In this document: one piece after another, positions 25,817-37,118 of the stretch
Position numbering within the stretch: the first letter of the stretch is position 1
How the letters are laid out: every line of letters begins with the position of its first letter
NCBI RefSeq assembly: GCF_006345805.1
Contig: NC_043008.1
Location: 22,382,001 to 22,446,000, forward strand
Source of the DNA: Octopus sinensis
Lineage: Eukaryota
Direction of reading: 5' to 3'
DNA length: 64,000 nt
Program-made: the position numbers and the translations under genes
The notes under the pieces: generated by a model
Seen by the model: only the letters and a program-made list of their open reading frames with translations
Told to the model about the DNA's origin: nothing
Database searches by the model: none

Positions 25817-26293
25817 TTTATATTATTTACATTCAACGGATATTTGTCCTCCTTTTGTTTGTTGTTAACAACAAACAAGATGAGGACAAATATCCGTCGA
25901 ATGTAAATAATGTAAATAATGTTCATAATTCCTCATCTCTAAAATATAGAACTGTATTATCTAATTGGTACGAAGCCGACATTAGACTTCAATGGAGACA
26001 TATAGAGAAACTCCATCAAAAACTAGCTCGTCTTTCAAACCATCTAACTTTCCTGTGTAGATGTAAAGACTCAAAGCTAATACCACCTGGCTTGAATATA
26101 ACGACACCAGTGGATTCATATAAAGCTAGGAGAGTAGCGGAAAGGGTAGGACATGCCCTCGTCCATGAGAGGATCCATTACAACCGTTAGTGTTAACAAC
26201 AAACAAGACGAGGACAAATATCCGTCGAATGTAAATAATGTAAATAATGTAAATAATGTACATAATTCCTCATGTCTTAAATAAAGAACTGTG
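25817..26293 (+). mobile_element. Miniature Penelope-like insertion: inverted partial pLTR + pLTR + N-terminal ORF piece + pLTR, 13-bp TSD
   Basis: TSD tcaaagtaactta at 25804-25816 and 26294-26306. Direct repeat gttaacaacaaacaaga..gaggacaaatatccgtcgaatg at ~25863 and ~26192. Palindrome centred on GTTAAC. Peptide RHIEKLHQKLARLSNHLTFLCRCKDSKLIPPGL...LVHERI matches the PLE N-terminal pattern. Confidence 0.8.
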
Positions 26294-26604
26294 TCAAAGT
26301 AACTTACTGTAACCAATTTACTTGTATTGGAGAAAGTCTGAAGTGCTAAAGACGTTAAGTGTAAACTAGTCAAATATAGAAACCCCATGTCTACACACAC
26401 ACACACACACATGCGCACATGTTCGTACAGGTATGTTCAAGTGTGTGCAGGTGAGTGCAGGTGTACGTTTGTATTTAAAGAGCTGAAAATGTTGACAGCA
26501 TCATTGTGCAAATTAATCCACTTGAAGTTTTAGTGACTCAAATAACAGCTTAAATTCTCGCAAGAGGATAATTGCCATCGTACCTGATGCTGCAGCTGAA
26601 TTGT

Positions 26605-26935
26605 TGACATCTCCATCATCCTCATCATCATCATCATCATCATCATCATTATCGTCGTCATCATCACCATCATCAGTATCATCATCATCATCATCATCAC
26701 CATCATCATCACTATCATCATCATCGTCATCATCATCACCATCATCAGTATCATCATCATCATCATCATCATCGTCATCATCATCGTCGTCGTCGTCATC
26801 ATCATCATCATCATCATCATCACCATCATCATCACTATCATCATCATCGTCATCATCATCACCATCATCAGTATCATCATCATCATCATCATCGTCATCA
26901 TCATCGTCGTTGTCATCATCATCATCATCATCACT

Positions 26936-26969
<34 letters not shown>

Positions 26970-27095
26970 CTATCATCATCATCATCATCATTATCATCAT
27001 CGTCATCATCATTGTCGTCGTCATCATCATCATCATCATCATCATCATTGTCATCATCATCATCATCATCATCATCATCACCATCATCATCTTCA
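26605..27095. repeat. ~490-bp (CAT)n microsatellite with internal higher-order repeats
   Basis: Direct reading; source of the poly-Ser/poly-Met pseudo-ORFs. Confidence 0.95.
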
Positions 27096-27304
27096 CCAAC
27101 ATTATCGTTGTTTTTGAGTAATCACATTCTTAACTAATTAAAGAACCATTTAGTTAATATTGTGACCATCATTATCCTCTCTTCCAGAGCTGGTACTAAA
27201 GCATTCAGCACTCAAGACTGGCCTTATAATGAACTGCCTTGTCTTCCAGTTATAAATGTTCACTGAACAAGTTAAGAGCTGTAGCTTATAATAATAATAT
27301 ATAA

Positions 27305-27560
27305 AATAAATGCGCCCTTTTAAAGCCTAGCCAGGCTCATGGGCCCGGTTTCCCGGTTTCTATGGCGTATGTGTTCCTCAGCTGGATGGGACACCAGTCC
27401 ATCGCAGCATTACTCATTTTTGCCAGCTGAGTGGATTGGAGCAACATGAAATGAAGTGTTTTGCTCAAGAACACAACTTGTCGCCCAGTCCAAGAATTGA
27501 AACCACAATCTTACAATCATGATGCTGACAGCCTAACCACTAAGCCACACGCCTCCACAA
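27305..27560 (-). mobile_element. SINE family D
   Basis: tRNA head (gtggaggcgtgtggcttagtggttagg on the minus strand), CORE-like segment, V-domain-like gcgatggactggtgtccc. Confidence 0.75.
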
Positions 27561-27723
27561 TATAATAATATATAGTTTGTTATAAATGATGGAAGGCGTG
27601 TTAGTTCAAAATAGCATTTTGTATATCTTACTTAACATGGTTATACTGTAAAAAGCAACAAAAAATGATATCCACATTAAGTAAAGTATACATAAAGCGA
27701 TTTTTAACTAAACCTACTTCTGT

Positions 27724-28400
27724 CACTCATAATGAATTTTTACCCAGCTTGGCAGGATATTTGCAACACCAGTGAATTATTAATTTCTGTTTTTCTATAT
27801 CAGCAAAGGTTAATTTTGTCTAAGCATGCATTTGATAATGGATACTTGCTACTGACGATGTGCAAAGACGCAGAAACACAGATCTAGCAATTCCACTGCT
27901 GCTGTCTGCTTTCATCTGCTCTTGATACACTTATGCTTTCAAATGCTATTCATCTTTACAAGATGCTTTTTCAAGATGAATACTACAGTGTTGTGGCTTT
28001 CTACAGTATAGCCATGTTAAGTAAGACACACAAATTGCTACTCTAAACTAATACTGCTTGCTTCACTGACAATGAATTTTTACCCAATCAGCCAGCTAGT
28101 TGCAACACCAGTGCTTTGTTAATCACTGTTTTTATATATCGGTAAAGGCAAAATTTGTCTAAGCATACAGTTACTACGCTCACAGACGTAGAAATCTAGA
28201 TTTAGCAATTTCAGAGACTCTGGACATTTTTTGTTTGTTACTGATATACTTCTGTGCTATTTGACACGATACATCTATGCAAGATGTTTTCTTGAGGCAG
28301 ATGCCACAGTTTTGTGGCTTTCTTCAGTATATCCACGTTGAGTAAGATATACAGAATGCCATAATATATAGTATAGCATTGTATCAGTACTTCAGCTGGT
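27724..28400 (+). mobile_element. Family H tandem dimer (~340-bp monomers), retrozyme-like
   Basis: cact(c/g)a(t/c)aatgaatttttaccc at 27724 and 28064 with collinear downstream sequence; hammerhead in monomer 1. Confidence 0.7.
27841..27900 (+). ncRNA. Type I hammerhead ribozyme motif, Sm-alpha-like
   Basis: GATAC TTGCTA CTGACGA TGTG CAAAGA CGCA GAAAC ACAG AT C TAGCAA TTCCA CTGC: 6-bp stem I, intact core, 4-bp stem II, AUC triplet with predicted cleavage after 27884. C15.2-A16.2 mismatch in helix III. Confidence 0.72.
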
Positions 28401-28595
28401 GATTTTTCAATTTTTGGCTAAAACATTGTTCAAATAACTACAACATCCTTAGATGTTAGACTTAGGTACTAAAGCTAAAATTAAATAAATATTTGTTCGT
28501 CTGCTGGAGATGTGAGTTCAAGTCTTAGGGGCACCCTTTGAGTTTTTCTGTCCAAGAGGGTTTCCCAACCGAGTATTTACACGTTATTATTATTT

Positions 28596-29045
28596 AAAGG
28601 TGACAAGCTGGCAGAATCGCTAGCATGCCAGGCAAAATGCTTAGCAGTATTTTGTCTGTCTTTATGTTCTGAGTTCAAATGCCAGTGGGGTCGACTTCAC
28701 TTTTTATCTTTTCGGGGTTTATAAAATAAGTACCAGTTCAACAATGGAGTCAATGTAATCGACTTACCCCAACTCCCCACCAAATTCAAGCCTTGTGACT
28801 AAAGTGGAAGGGATTATTTATATCTTTATAAAGGTGTTGAGCTGGCAGAACTGTTAATGTGCTGAACAAATTGCTTAGCAGCATTTTGTATGTCTTTACA
28901 TTCTGAGTTCAAATTCCACCGTGGTTGACTTTACCTTTCATCCTTTCAAGATCAATAAAATAAGTACCAGTTGTGCACTGGGGTCGATGTAATCAACTAG
29001 ACCCCTTCCCAAAAATTTCTGGCTTTTTGCCAATAGTAGAAAGGA
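28596..29045 (+). mobile_element. Two adjacent SINE family A copies
   Basis: Two heads (aaggtg...gctggcagaa) and two central domains. Confidence 0.75.
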
Positions 29046-30305
29046 TTATTTATAGCTTTATGTGTACTTCAAGATCCATTATTCCAAAAGAAATATGTCT
29101 GTTATATTTTTTTTTTCGGTTTCTTGTGCCCCTAGATTTCAGCCCTCATGGCAAACCACTTATTTGTATCATTAATCTGCAGCACTGACCTTGTTCTCTT
29201 CACTGTATAACATGTGAATAATAGACTTCAAAGTTTCAAAAAATATTACAATTTTCTCATCCAAGGAATTTTTACCAGCTTACATGATTAGCTGGTCACG
29301 GAGAAACTAATTCAGTGACTGTTACCTATAAAGACGTAGTCTCCACTGCTATACTAACACCACACTGGATTTAGTGCTACCGTCCTAACCTCACATATTA
29401 ACAGCATTACCCTGTTGTTTTTCTATGCCATGCAATGGATTCAAAGAAGACACATTGGTAAATCCAGTTTTTCAATTAATGGAAGTACTGATTTTATTTT
29501 TCCTTTCTTCTACAAAGCATATTAAATGTATAATGGTTTAGCATTTTGTGATCAAAGTATATTTAATGTGCAACGGTTGGATGGTTTCTGTTCTAATGTG
29601 TATTTAACATGCAACACTTGATTGGTTTATGGAAAATGTATATTTAGTGTGCAATGCGTGAATGGTTTGTGTACAATGTATGTTTTAATATATAATGAAG
29701 TAAAATAACTATGAAGATAAAGTATTGGATTGCCAATTCATATGTACCAAGTTCCAATTCATTAATGAAGTTTCCCTTATATATTTCGGATCAGTGTATT
29801 TAGTACAATGTTTAATATATAACTGTTTCAATTTTTAGTACAACAGCAGCAATTTTAGGGGAAGGAATTTTAAGGGAAGGGACCAATTATAGTGCTTGAC
29901 TTTGGTACTTTATTTTTTCAGTCCGTTGAGCTCAGTGACATTTGAACCCAGAATGCAAAGAGCCAGAATACATGCCACTAAATCACATGTCTCTACTGTA
30001 CTAGGGAGTACTAAATAGTTCCTGGCTTTGGATAAAAGAAAATACAGGAGGACCAGTTAATTATGATGTTTTTCAACATATTCCCCTCTCAGATTCACAC
30101 GCTTATTGCAACGGTCCTTCTGTTTTTCTAAGCCCTGTAAAAGAACTCGGAAGGTTGGGCCTGCAGCCAGGCTTTTCGTGAGACCCTTAAAGCCAAGAAC
30201 TTTTCAACACCCCTTGCATTTGAGTATTTGTGTGTATGTGTATGTATGTGTGTGTGTGTGTTATTTATTTATTTTTATTTTTTTCTGTATACATGTGTAT
30301 ACATA

Positions 30306-30544
30306 TTTTGTTGTGTCTGGGGGAGAGTCATTTTCTTTTTGTGCCTTATAATGTTACACACTCACCGGTAAAATTTCCACTTCTTTCTTTTTTTTTTTTT
30401 AAATAAGAAATAAGTGGAAATTTTACCGGTGAGTGTTTTACATTATAAGGCACAAAAAGAAAATTACTCTGCCCAGCCACAACAGAATATGCTTCAAAAC
30501 ACGAACTCATATAAAGAATCTTACAAACCAAATCCAAAAACGAA
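30306..30544. mobile_element. Asymmetric fold-back insertion with 13-bp TSD, just upstream of the 30591 exon
   Basis: Arms ~30309-30385 / 30405-30483; atgtgtatacata at 30293-30305 and 30545-30557. Confidence 0.78.
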
Positions 30545-30590
30545 ATGTGTATACATAATTATATGATATATATATATGTGTCTGTTTTAG

Positions 30591-30714
30591 AAACTATGTA
30601 CACCGATTACGAGAAGAGCAGGCCATTGCCAAGAGACCTACATTTCGGAGCTGCAATGTAGCACTACGAAACTCCACTGGTTCCAGTGAATTACTCCGGA
30701 GAGAGACAGGGTCT
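30591..30714 (+). CDS. Internal exon, juxtamembrane cytoplasmic segment ((R)NYVHRLREEQAIAKRPTFRSCNVALRNSTGSSELLRRETGS)
   Basis: Acceptor tctgttttag at 30590, donor TCT|gtgagt at 30715. 124 nt, phase 2 to phase 0, open frame, phase-compatible with both neighbours. Confidence 0.82.
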
Positions 30715-30984
30715 GTGAGTATATTCATTTTATCATTTCATTAACACGAATGGATGGCAGGTTTGGCCAGAAACACTAGAGCACAGACAGAAGTAAATAT
30801 ATTTTATCATGTATTTAGTTTCTTCTCTGCATGTTTTTAAGTTTGCCTTCTAGTCATAGTTCAAAAAAATGAACGCTTCTAATATGCTACTGTATAATTA
30901 ATTTCAGTTAATTACATATTGTAATAGAAGTAGCATATTTGATTATATTGAATGCTTTAAAACTTGTATATTTTTGTCTGAGGA

Positions 30985-31650
30985 GCCTTCTGGCTAATTT
31001 TGGCATTGGTGATTTTTCTATCACTGTTGTGCTATATCAGTAGCAGTCAATTTTATTTTAGCATGCAATTGCCAGTGAATACTTGCTCCTGACGAGGCCC
31101 AAAGAGGCAGAAATTTGTGTTTAGCAAGGCCACCATGGCTGCTGGACGATTTTTGTCTGCTACTGATATTGTTCTATTTTCTAGCATTAAATATATATAC
31201 CACAGTTTATCAGGTTTTCAATGATGTATCTGCTTTAAGTATGATATCCAGATTCCTAATTTGAACTACTGTTGCTTCTGTCATTTCTAATAAATTTTTA
31301 TTCAGCCTACTGGCCTAGCTAATTGCAACATCGGTGATTTTTCATCACTGTTTTACTTCATCAATGAAGATGGAGTATGTAGTTACCAGTTACATGTTTG
31401 CTACTGATGGGACCCCAAAAGGCAAAAATACATACTTAGCAATACCATCACCACTGCTGGATGATTCTCATCTGTTGCTGATATCTTTCTGTGTTTTTTA
31501 ACACTACACACCTATAAAGGATTCTTTCTTGAGACGCTTGAGAACAATCTACTTCAATCAGTTCATTATAGGATTCAAAATTCCTGGAATGGTACAGAGT
31601 GCGACAGGCATCTGAGGAAGGTTGGAAAATAAAGCAGCCAAAACCTTGTG
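30985..31650 (+). mobile_element. Family H tandem dimer (~315-bp period), with decayed hammerheads at 31089 and 31404
   Basis: CTTGCTC CTGACGA GGCC CAAAGA GGCA GAAA TTTGT GT T TAGCAAG, and TTGCTA CTGATGG GACC CCAAAA GGCA AAAA TACATAC T TAGCAA. Confidence 0.68.
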
Positions 31651-32149
31651 ACCATAACAACTAAGACAAGAACATTAATCCAAATATATCAGTGTGTAAT
31701 AATGATACAACCTCAAACCAGAAATTTAGATAAAATTTATATGGTTAAATATAAACGTGATACATTATTATTTATGAAAACAATATTATGTCATGGGTTT
31801 ATCATGCATAACACAGTGTAATTTCAATAACAAACAAGAATAACTGTGACATCATTATTGTTTTTAACATCCACTTTTCCATGCCAGCATGGCTCAAATG
31901 GAATTTGTTGTGGATTTTTCTACAGCTGGATGCCCTTCATGTCACCAAACCTGAACATAATATTTCCCCATGATGAGGTTTGAAACAAAAGCCACCTCTT
32001 TCAAGGTAGTGACACTTGTTTACAGCTATCAAAAGAAGTCAAGGCATGGATGGAAGCAGTAACACATGCTAATGCATGTATATATATATATATATAAACA
32101 TATACACATATACACGTATGTGTGTGTGAACATATATATGTATATATAC

Positions 32150-32203
<54 letters not shown>

Positions 32204-32294
32204 TGCTAGCATGGAGAACGGACGTTAAACGATGATTATGATATATACATGTATATAGATAGATAGATTCACACATATATACACACACACAGAT

Positions 32295-32455
32295 ACAATG
32301 GTCTTCTTTCAGTTCCTGTATGCCAAATCCTATCTCAAGGCTTTGGTTAGCATGGGGCTATAGTAGAATACACATACCCGAGGTGCCACACAATGGGACT
32401 GAACACAAACTCATGTGGTTGGAATGCAAACATTCTACCATACAGCAATGCCTGC
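32295..32455 (-). mobile_element. SINE family B (5' half)
   Basis: tctttcagtt...caaggctttgg...ggtgccacacaatgggactgaac. Confidence 0.65.
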
Positions 32456-33208
32456 ACTTCAAAAGATTTTAATCAAATTTGGATAGTAAACTTAATTTGT
32501 CACTTAATTAACACCCCCCACCCCACCACCACCACCACCAGCTGCAGTGCCTTTATGAGAATTAATTCTATTACAAGCGTTGAGGGCAGATCTCCAGTTT
32601 TACAATCACTTTGTCCACCCTCTATGTCAGCTTCAGAGGCCCTTAGCCTTTAATATTTAGATTCCTCTGTCAAATGCAATGTTTATTTATTCAAATCATT
32701 TTGAATTAATCATGCATTATCTTGTGGCTTTGAGATTTCCATGGTATGACTGTTTAAGTTTAGAATGACATTGCAGGGTAGGTGTGAGAGGCTGGATCTT
32801 GCAAGTTTGAATTGGCCTAATAAGGCCAATTTAAAAGCAAACAGGTAAAAAACAAATGACTAAAGGGACCACTTTCCATTATCTGGTGAAGCAGTACCAA
32901 TAAACATTTAACATTTTTGTCAAGAAATGTATTTCAAACAATCCATTACATTTATATAGAAAATTTTCTTCATTCTGTTTTGGAGTTGTTTTGATTGTCC
33001 AATCTGTTATTAAAGTCATCTTCAAAAACTGACAGCAAATATATTAATTTTACTTAAATGTATTGCATAATGATAATGTAATTAAGTTAAAACATAGAAA
33101 AATTAATTGATATTTAAATGCAGTTATTTACATTTTGTAATAGGCTTTGAATCAAAAACATGAAACATGTTTTTAATTATATATTTAAACAGTAAAACTG
33201 AAAAATTA

Positions 33209-33549
33209 TGTTGTGTCTGGGAGGGTCATATTGTTTTGATGCCTTATTATCTAACACACACACTGGTTCAATTTCCACTCTTTTATTATTTGTATTTTTT
33301 CTTCTAAAATTTTCATTGCCTTTTGCAATTTTGTCACTGGATGTTGATTCTGTCAATTATTGGAGCTCCAATAATGAATAGAGTCAACATCCATTGACAA
33401 GGTTGTAAGAAAAAATATGAGTGGAAATCAAACCAGTGAGTGTGTTAGATAATAAAGTATTAAGATATTATGACTCTCCCCAGGCACAACATAATTTGCT
33501 TCAACAAACGAATTCACATAAAGAATCTTGCAAACTAGATCCAAAAACG
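33209..33549. mobile_element. Second, longer copy of the 30306 fold-back family
   Basis: Fold centre ttattggagctccaataa; same unpaired tail (aaagaatcttgcaaactagatccaaaaacg); degenerate 14-bp TSD aaactga(a/t)aa(a/c)tta at 33195 and 33550. Confidence 0.7.
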
Positions 33550-33959
33550 AAACTGATAACTTAGATATGTACATAAATAGAACCAAGGGAGACAACACCG
33601 AAAAGATTGAAGTTGTCTCCCTTCGTATGGCACAATGTACGTATATGCATGCATAAATACACAGTGGCACATATTATAAGAGTGATAACCCAGAGCGGTA
33701 AAGCAGTGGATTAGCAGAATTAGTAGAATTGTGGACTAAAATCTTTACAGTTGTAAGTAACACTCATATACATACATTATTTACATTCTAAATTGACAAC
33801 CTTGATGAGTATTTTCTATCCTTTCATCTTTCAAGTAACAATTAAATATGTACTAAACGAGCAATGGAATTGATTGAATCAATTAAGCACCTCTCTTAAA
33901 AAAGGTTTGGCCCCTCGTCAATGTTAAAAATAATAATGTTGATCATAAGAATAATAATA

Positions 33960-34178
33960 ATTCTTTCTACTATAGGTACAAGGCTTGAAATTGCTGGGGG
34001 AGGGTTAAGTTGATTACATTGACACCAGTGCTTAACTGGTACTTATTTTACAGTTCCTGAAAGGATAAGAGGCAAAGTCAACCTTGGTAGGATTAGAATT
34101 CAGAGCATTAAGAGCTGGAAGAAATATCACTAAGCATTTTGTCTAACGAGCTAACAATTCTGTCAGCTCACCACCTTA
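33960..34178 (-). mobile_element. SINE family A
   Basis: ggtacttatttt...aaaggataagaggcaaagtcaacc...cagctcaccacctt. Confidence 0.7.
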
Positions 34179-34199
34179 ACAACCTTTCTACTAGTACTA

Positions 34200-34213
34200 C
34201 TAACAATAATAAC

Positions 34214-34248
<35 letters not shown>

Positions 34249-34362
34249 CAACAACAACAATAATAATAATAACAATAATAATAATAACAACAACAACAAC
34301 AACAATAATAATAATAACAATAATAATAATAACAACACAACAACAACAACAATAATAATAAC

Positions 34363-34396
<34 letters not shown>

Positions 34397-34475
34397 TAAT
34401 AATAATAATAATAATAATAACAACAACAACAACAATAATAATAATAACAATAATAATAATAACAACAACAACAAC

Positions 34476-34510
<35 letters not shown>

Positions 34511-34599
34511 TAATAATAATAATATAATAATAATAATAATAATAACAACAACAACAAAATAATAATAATAACAATAATAATAATAATAACAACAACAAC

Positions 34600-34634
<35 letters not shown>

Positions 34635-34700
34635 CAATAATAATAATAATAATAATAATAATAATTATAATAATAATGATGGTTGTTATTATTATTATTT
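34200..34700. repeat. ~500-bp (AAT/AAC)n microsatellite
   Basis: Direct reading. Confidence 0.95.
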
Positions 34701-34920
34701 CTACTCTAGACACAAGGCCTTGAAAATTTTGTTGGGAAGGGGGATAGTCAATTACATCAACCCCAGTGCATAACTGGTACTTATTTCATCAACCCCCCCC
34801 CCTGAAAGAATGAAAGGTAAAGTCAACCTTAGCGGAATTTGAACTCAGAATGTATCGACAAGCGAAATAATGCTAAGTATTTCATCTGGCATGCTAACAA
34901 CTCTGCCAGCACGCTGCCTT
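34700..34920 (-). mobile_element. SINE family A
   Basis: Central domain and head on the minus strand, flanked by (AAT)n. Confidence 0.7.
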
Positions 34921-34924
34921 AATA

Positions 34925-34981
<57 letters not shown>

Positions 34982-35580
34982 TAATAATAACAATAATAAT
35001 AATAAATGTTCTGAGGCAGTACCAGGCAGTGGTTCTCATGGATTCTGATCTTAACTTGTTGGTAGTGTAATCATGTACATTGTTTTGTCTTAGTATAAAA
35101 GATGGCCTACAGCAAATATTCTGCTCAATACCACAGATTTGCTTGTCAGTTGTTTGACCTTAACCAGTTGAACATGTCCCTTGGTGGCTGACGATATGTA
35201 TATCTCTGATCACGAGCAGAAGTAGTGGGGAAGCATCATAGCCATGTGTTGTAAGGAATTCTTTGGGGTTCGAAAAGTTCACCACTAGAAACATGGGTGT
35301 TTCATTCAATATTTTATACAACCTTCATCCAGGAACCTTAGGAGTTGGATGGCATACTTGACCTGTTGAAAATCCGAACAGGGTCCCTCCTGCAAGGTCA
35401 TGTGCTGTTTATCTTGACATGAGATCACCATGTCACACACATATGGTTGTAATGCATGTGCCTGGTGTACCCTTATCAGACGGGTAGTCATGATGAGTAT
35501 ACTGGGCTTTGTATATTTTTACCCTAGTGTCACTTTGATGGCATGCACTGCTCTCTCACTCAATAATAATAATAATAATA

Positions 35581-35612
<32 letters not shown>

Positions 35613-35900
35613 GCAATAATAATAATAGATGAAGCACTGACCCCTTATGCTGTAGAGCAACATTCTCTCTCTCTTGATGCAATTAACTCTGATTTGTACA
35701 AATTATAGTCAAGGTGTGTATAACTGGGCTTTGTATATTTGTACCCCAACATCACTTTGATGGCATGTGCTACCCTATCACTCAATAATAATAATGATAA
35801 CTACTACTACTACTACGACGACGACGACGACGACTTCTAATACTACCACTACAACTACTACTACTGCAACTATTTCATTTTCTTTCTTTTCTTTTCTTAG

Positions 35901-36104
35901 AGTGCTTCGCCGAGCAAAGTTGAAGATGAAAGGAATTCTGGGAATGGTAACTCTATCCAGAACTCCCCAAAACAAACTGCCAGCACTGACAACCCAATGT
36001 ACCTAATAACACCACAAATGCCGCAAGCAGATGACAAGACAGCCGCCGTACAGTCTCCAGCATCGTCGATTAAGTATATTGATGAAGATGACACATCAAA
36101 GAAG
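35901..36104 (+). CDS. Internal exon, cytoplasmic tail with NPMY (NPxY) motif (SASPSKVEDE...DNPMYL...KYIDEDDTSKK)
   Basis: Acceptor tctttcttttcttttcttag at 35900, donor AAG|gtaatc at 36105. 204 nt (68 codons), phase 0 to phase 0, no stop. Confidence 0.85.
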
Positions 36105-36304
36105 GTAATCCGTGCAGTGGAAAGCCATGGGCTGCATTAACTGTTCACTTTTTCAGTATATTCCATCTCAAGGAAGTGAGCTGTTATCAGATGTATTGGG
36201 TTTCTAAATGAATGATTGGAAATCTAAAACTTTTTTTCTTTGAGAATATATACAAAATAATGTTTTGGTTATATTTTCAATATCAGCTTTCTACATGCAC
36301 ACAC

Positions 36305-36605
36305 ATGGAAGCACATGGCCTAGTGGTTAGAGCAGCGGGCTCGTAGTCAAGGGATTGCGGGTTCAAATCTCAGACTGGGCAATGTGTGTGTTTATGAGCG
36401 AAACACCTAAGCTCCACGCAGCTCCGGCAGAAGGCAATGGCAAACTTCTACTGACTCTTTTGCCATAACTTTCTCTCACTCTTTCCTCCTGCATCTTGCA
36501 GCTCACCTGTGACCGACCGGCGTCCCGTCCAGGTGGGGAACCTATATGCCAAAGAAACCGGGAAACCAGCCCTAATGAGCCAGGGATGGCTCAAGAAGGA
36601 ACAAA
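36305..36605 (+). mobile_element. SINE family D variant
   Basis: tRNA head ggcctagtggttagagc...ggttcaaatc; V-like gaccgaccggcgtcccgtccagg. A related minus-strand copy is at 40455-40768. Confidence 0.7.
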
Positions 36606-36789
36606 CATGCACACTTACACACACACACACATATATACACACAAATATCTAGAGACATTACAATTGCTATCAAATCATAAACATTTTCATATTGAATTTT
36701 AATATTCAATAATATTGTCTTACTTGATCTGTCTATTTATTCAGAATATGTACACCATATATATGTTTTATGTGTATATGTATATATAT

Positions 36790-37020
36790 ACACACAGCTG
36801 CAGGACTGGCTCCTGAGCTGGTGACATGTAAAAAACACCATTTGAGCATGGCCATTGCCTGTACCGCCAGATTGGCCCTCATGCAGGTGGCCAATCTAAA
36901 TTTTCGGGGTGATTGGCATTATGAAGGGCATCCAGCTGGTTTGCCAGTCCTCAATCAATTCGTCCAACCATGCTAGCAGGGAAAGCAGACGTTAAACGGT
37001 GATGATGATGAGGATGATGA
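36790..37020 (+). mobile_element. Family C retroposon fragment
   Basis: aaaaaacaccatttgagc...gaagggcatccagct...gacgttaaac with (GAT)n. Confidence 0.6.
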
Positions 37021-37086
37021 TACACTCACACACACACATACATGCACATACATATACAAATATATATACATATGTAGGTATGTATT

Positions 37087-37118
<32 letters not shown>

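Noticed and set aside
26530-27137. 178-190 aa poly-Ser/poly-Met ORFs
   Set aside because: Translation of a (CAT)n microsatellite; no splice context.
34139-34713. Poly-Asn/Leu/Ile/Tyr ORFs
   Set aside because: (AAT/AAC)n microsatellite read-through.
36305-36380. tRNA genes (also other tRNA-like heads)
   Set aside because: A/B-box heads continue into SINE bodies; no cloverleaf with an acceptor stem was found.
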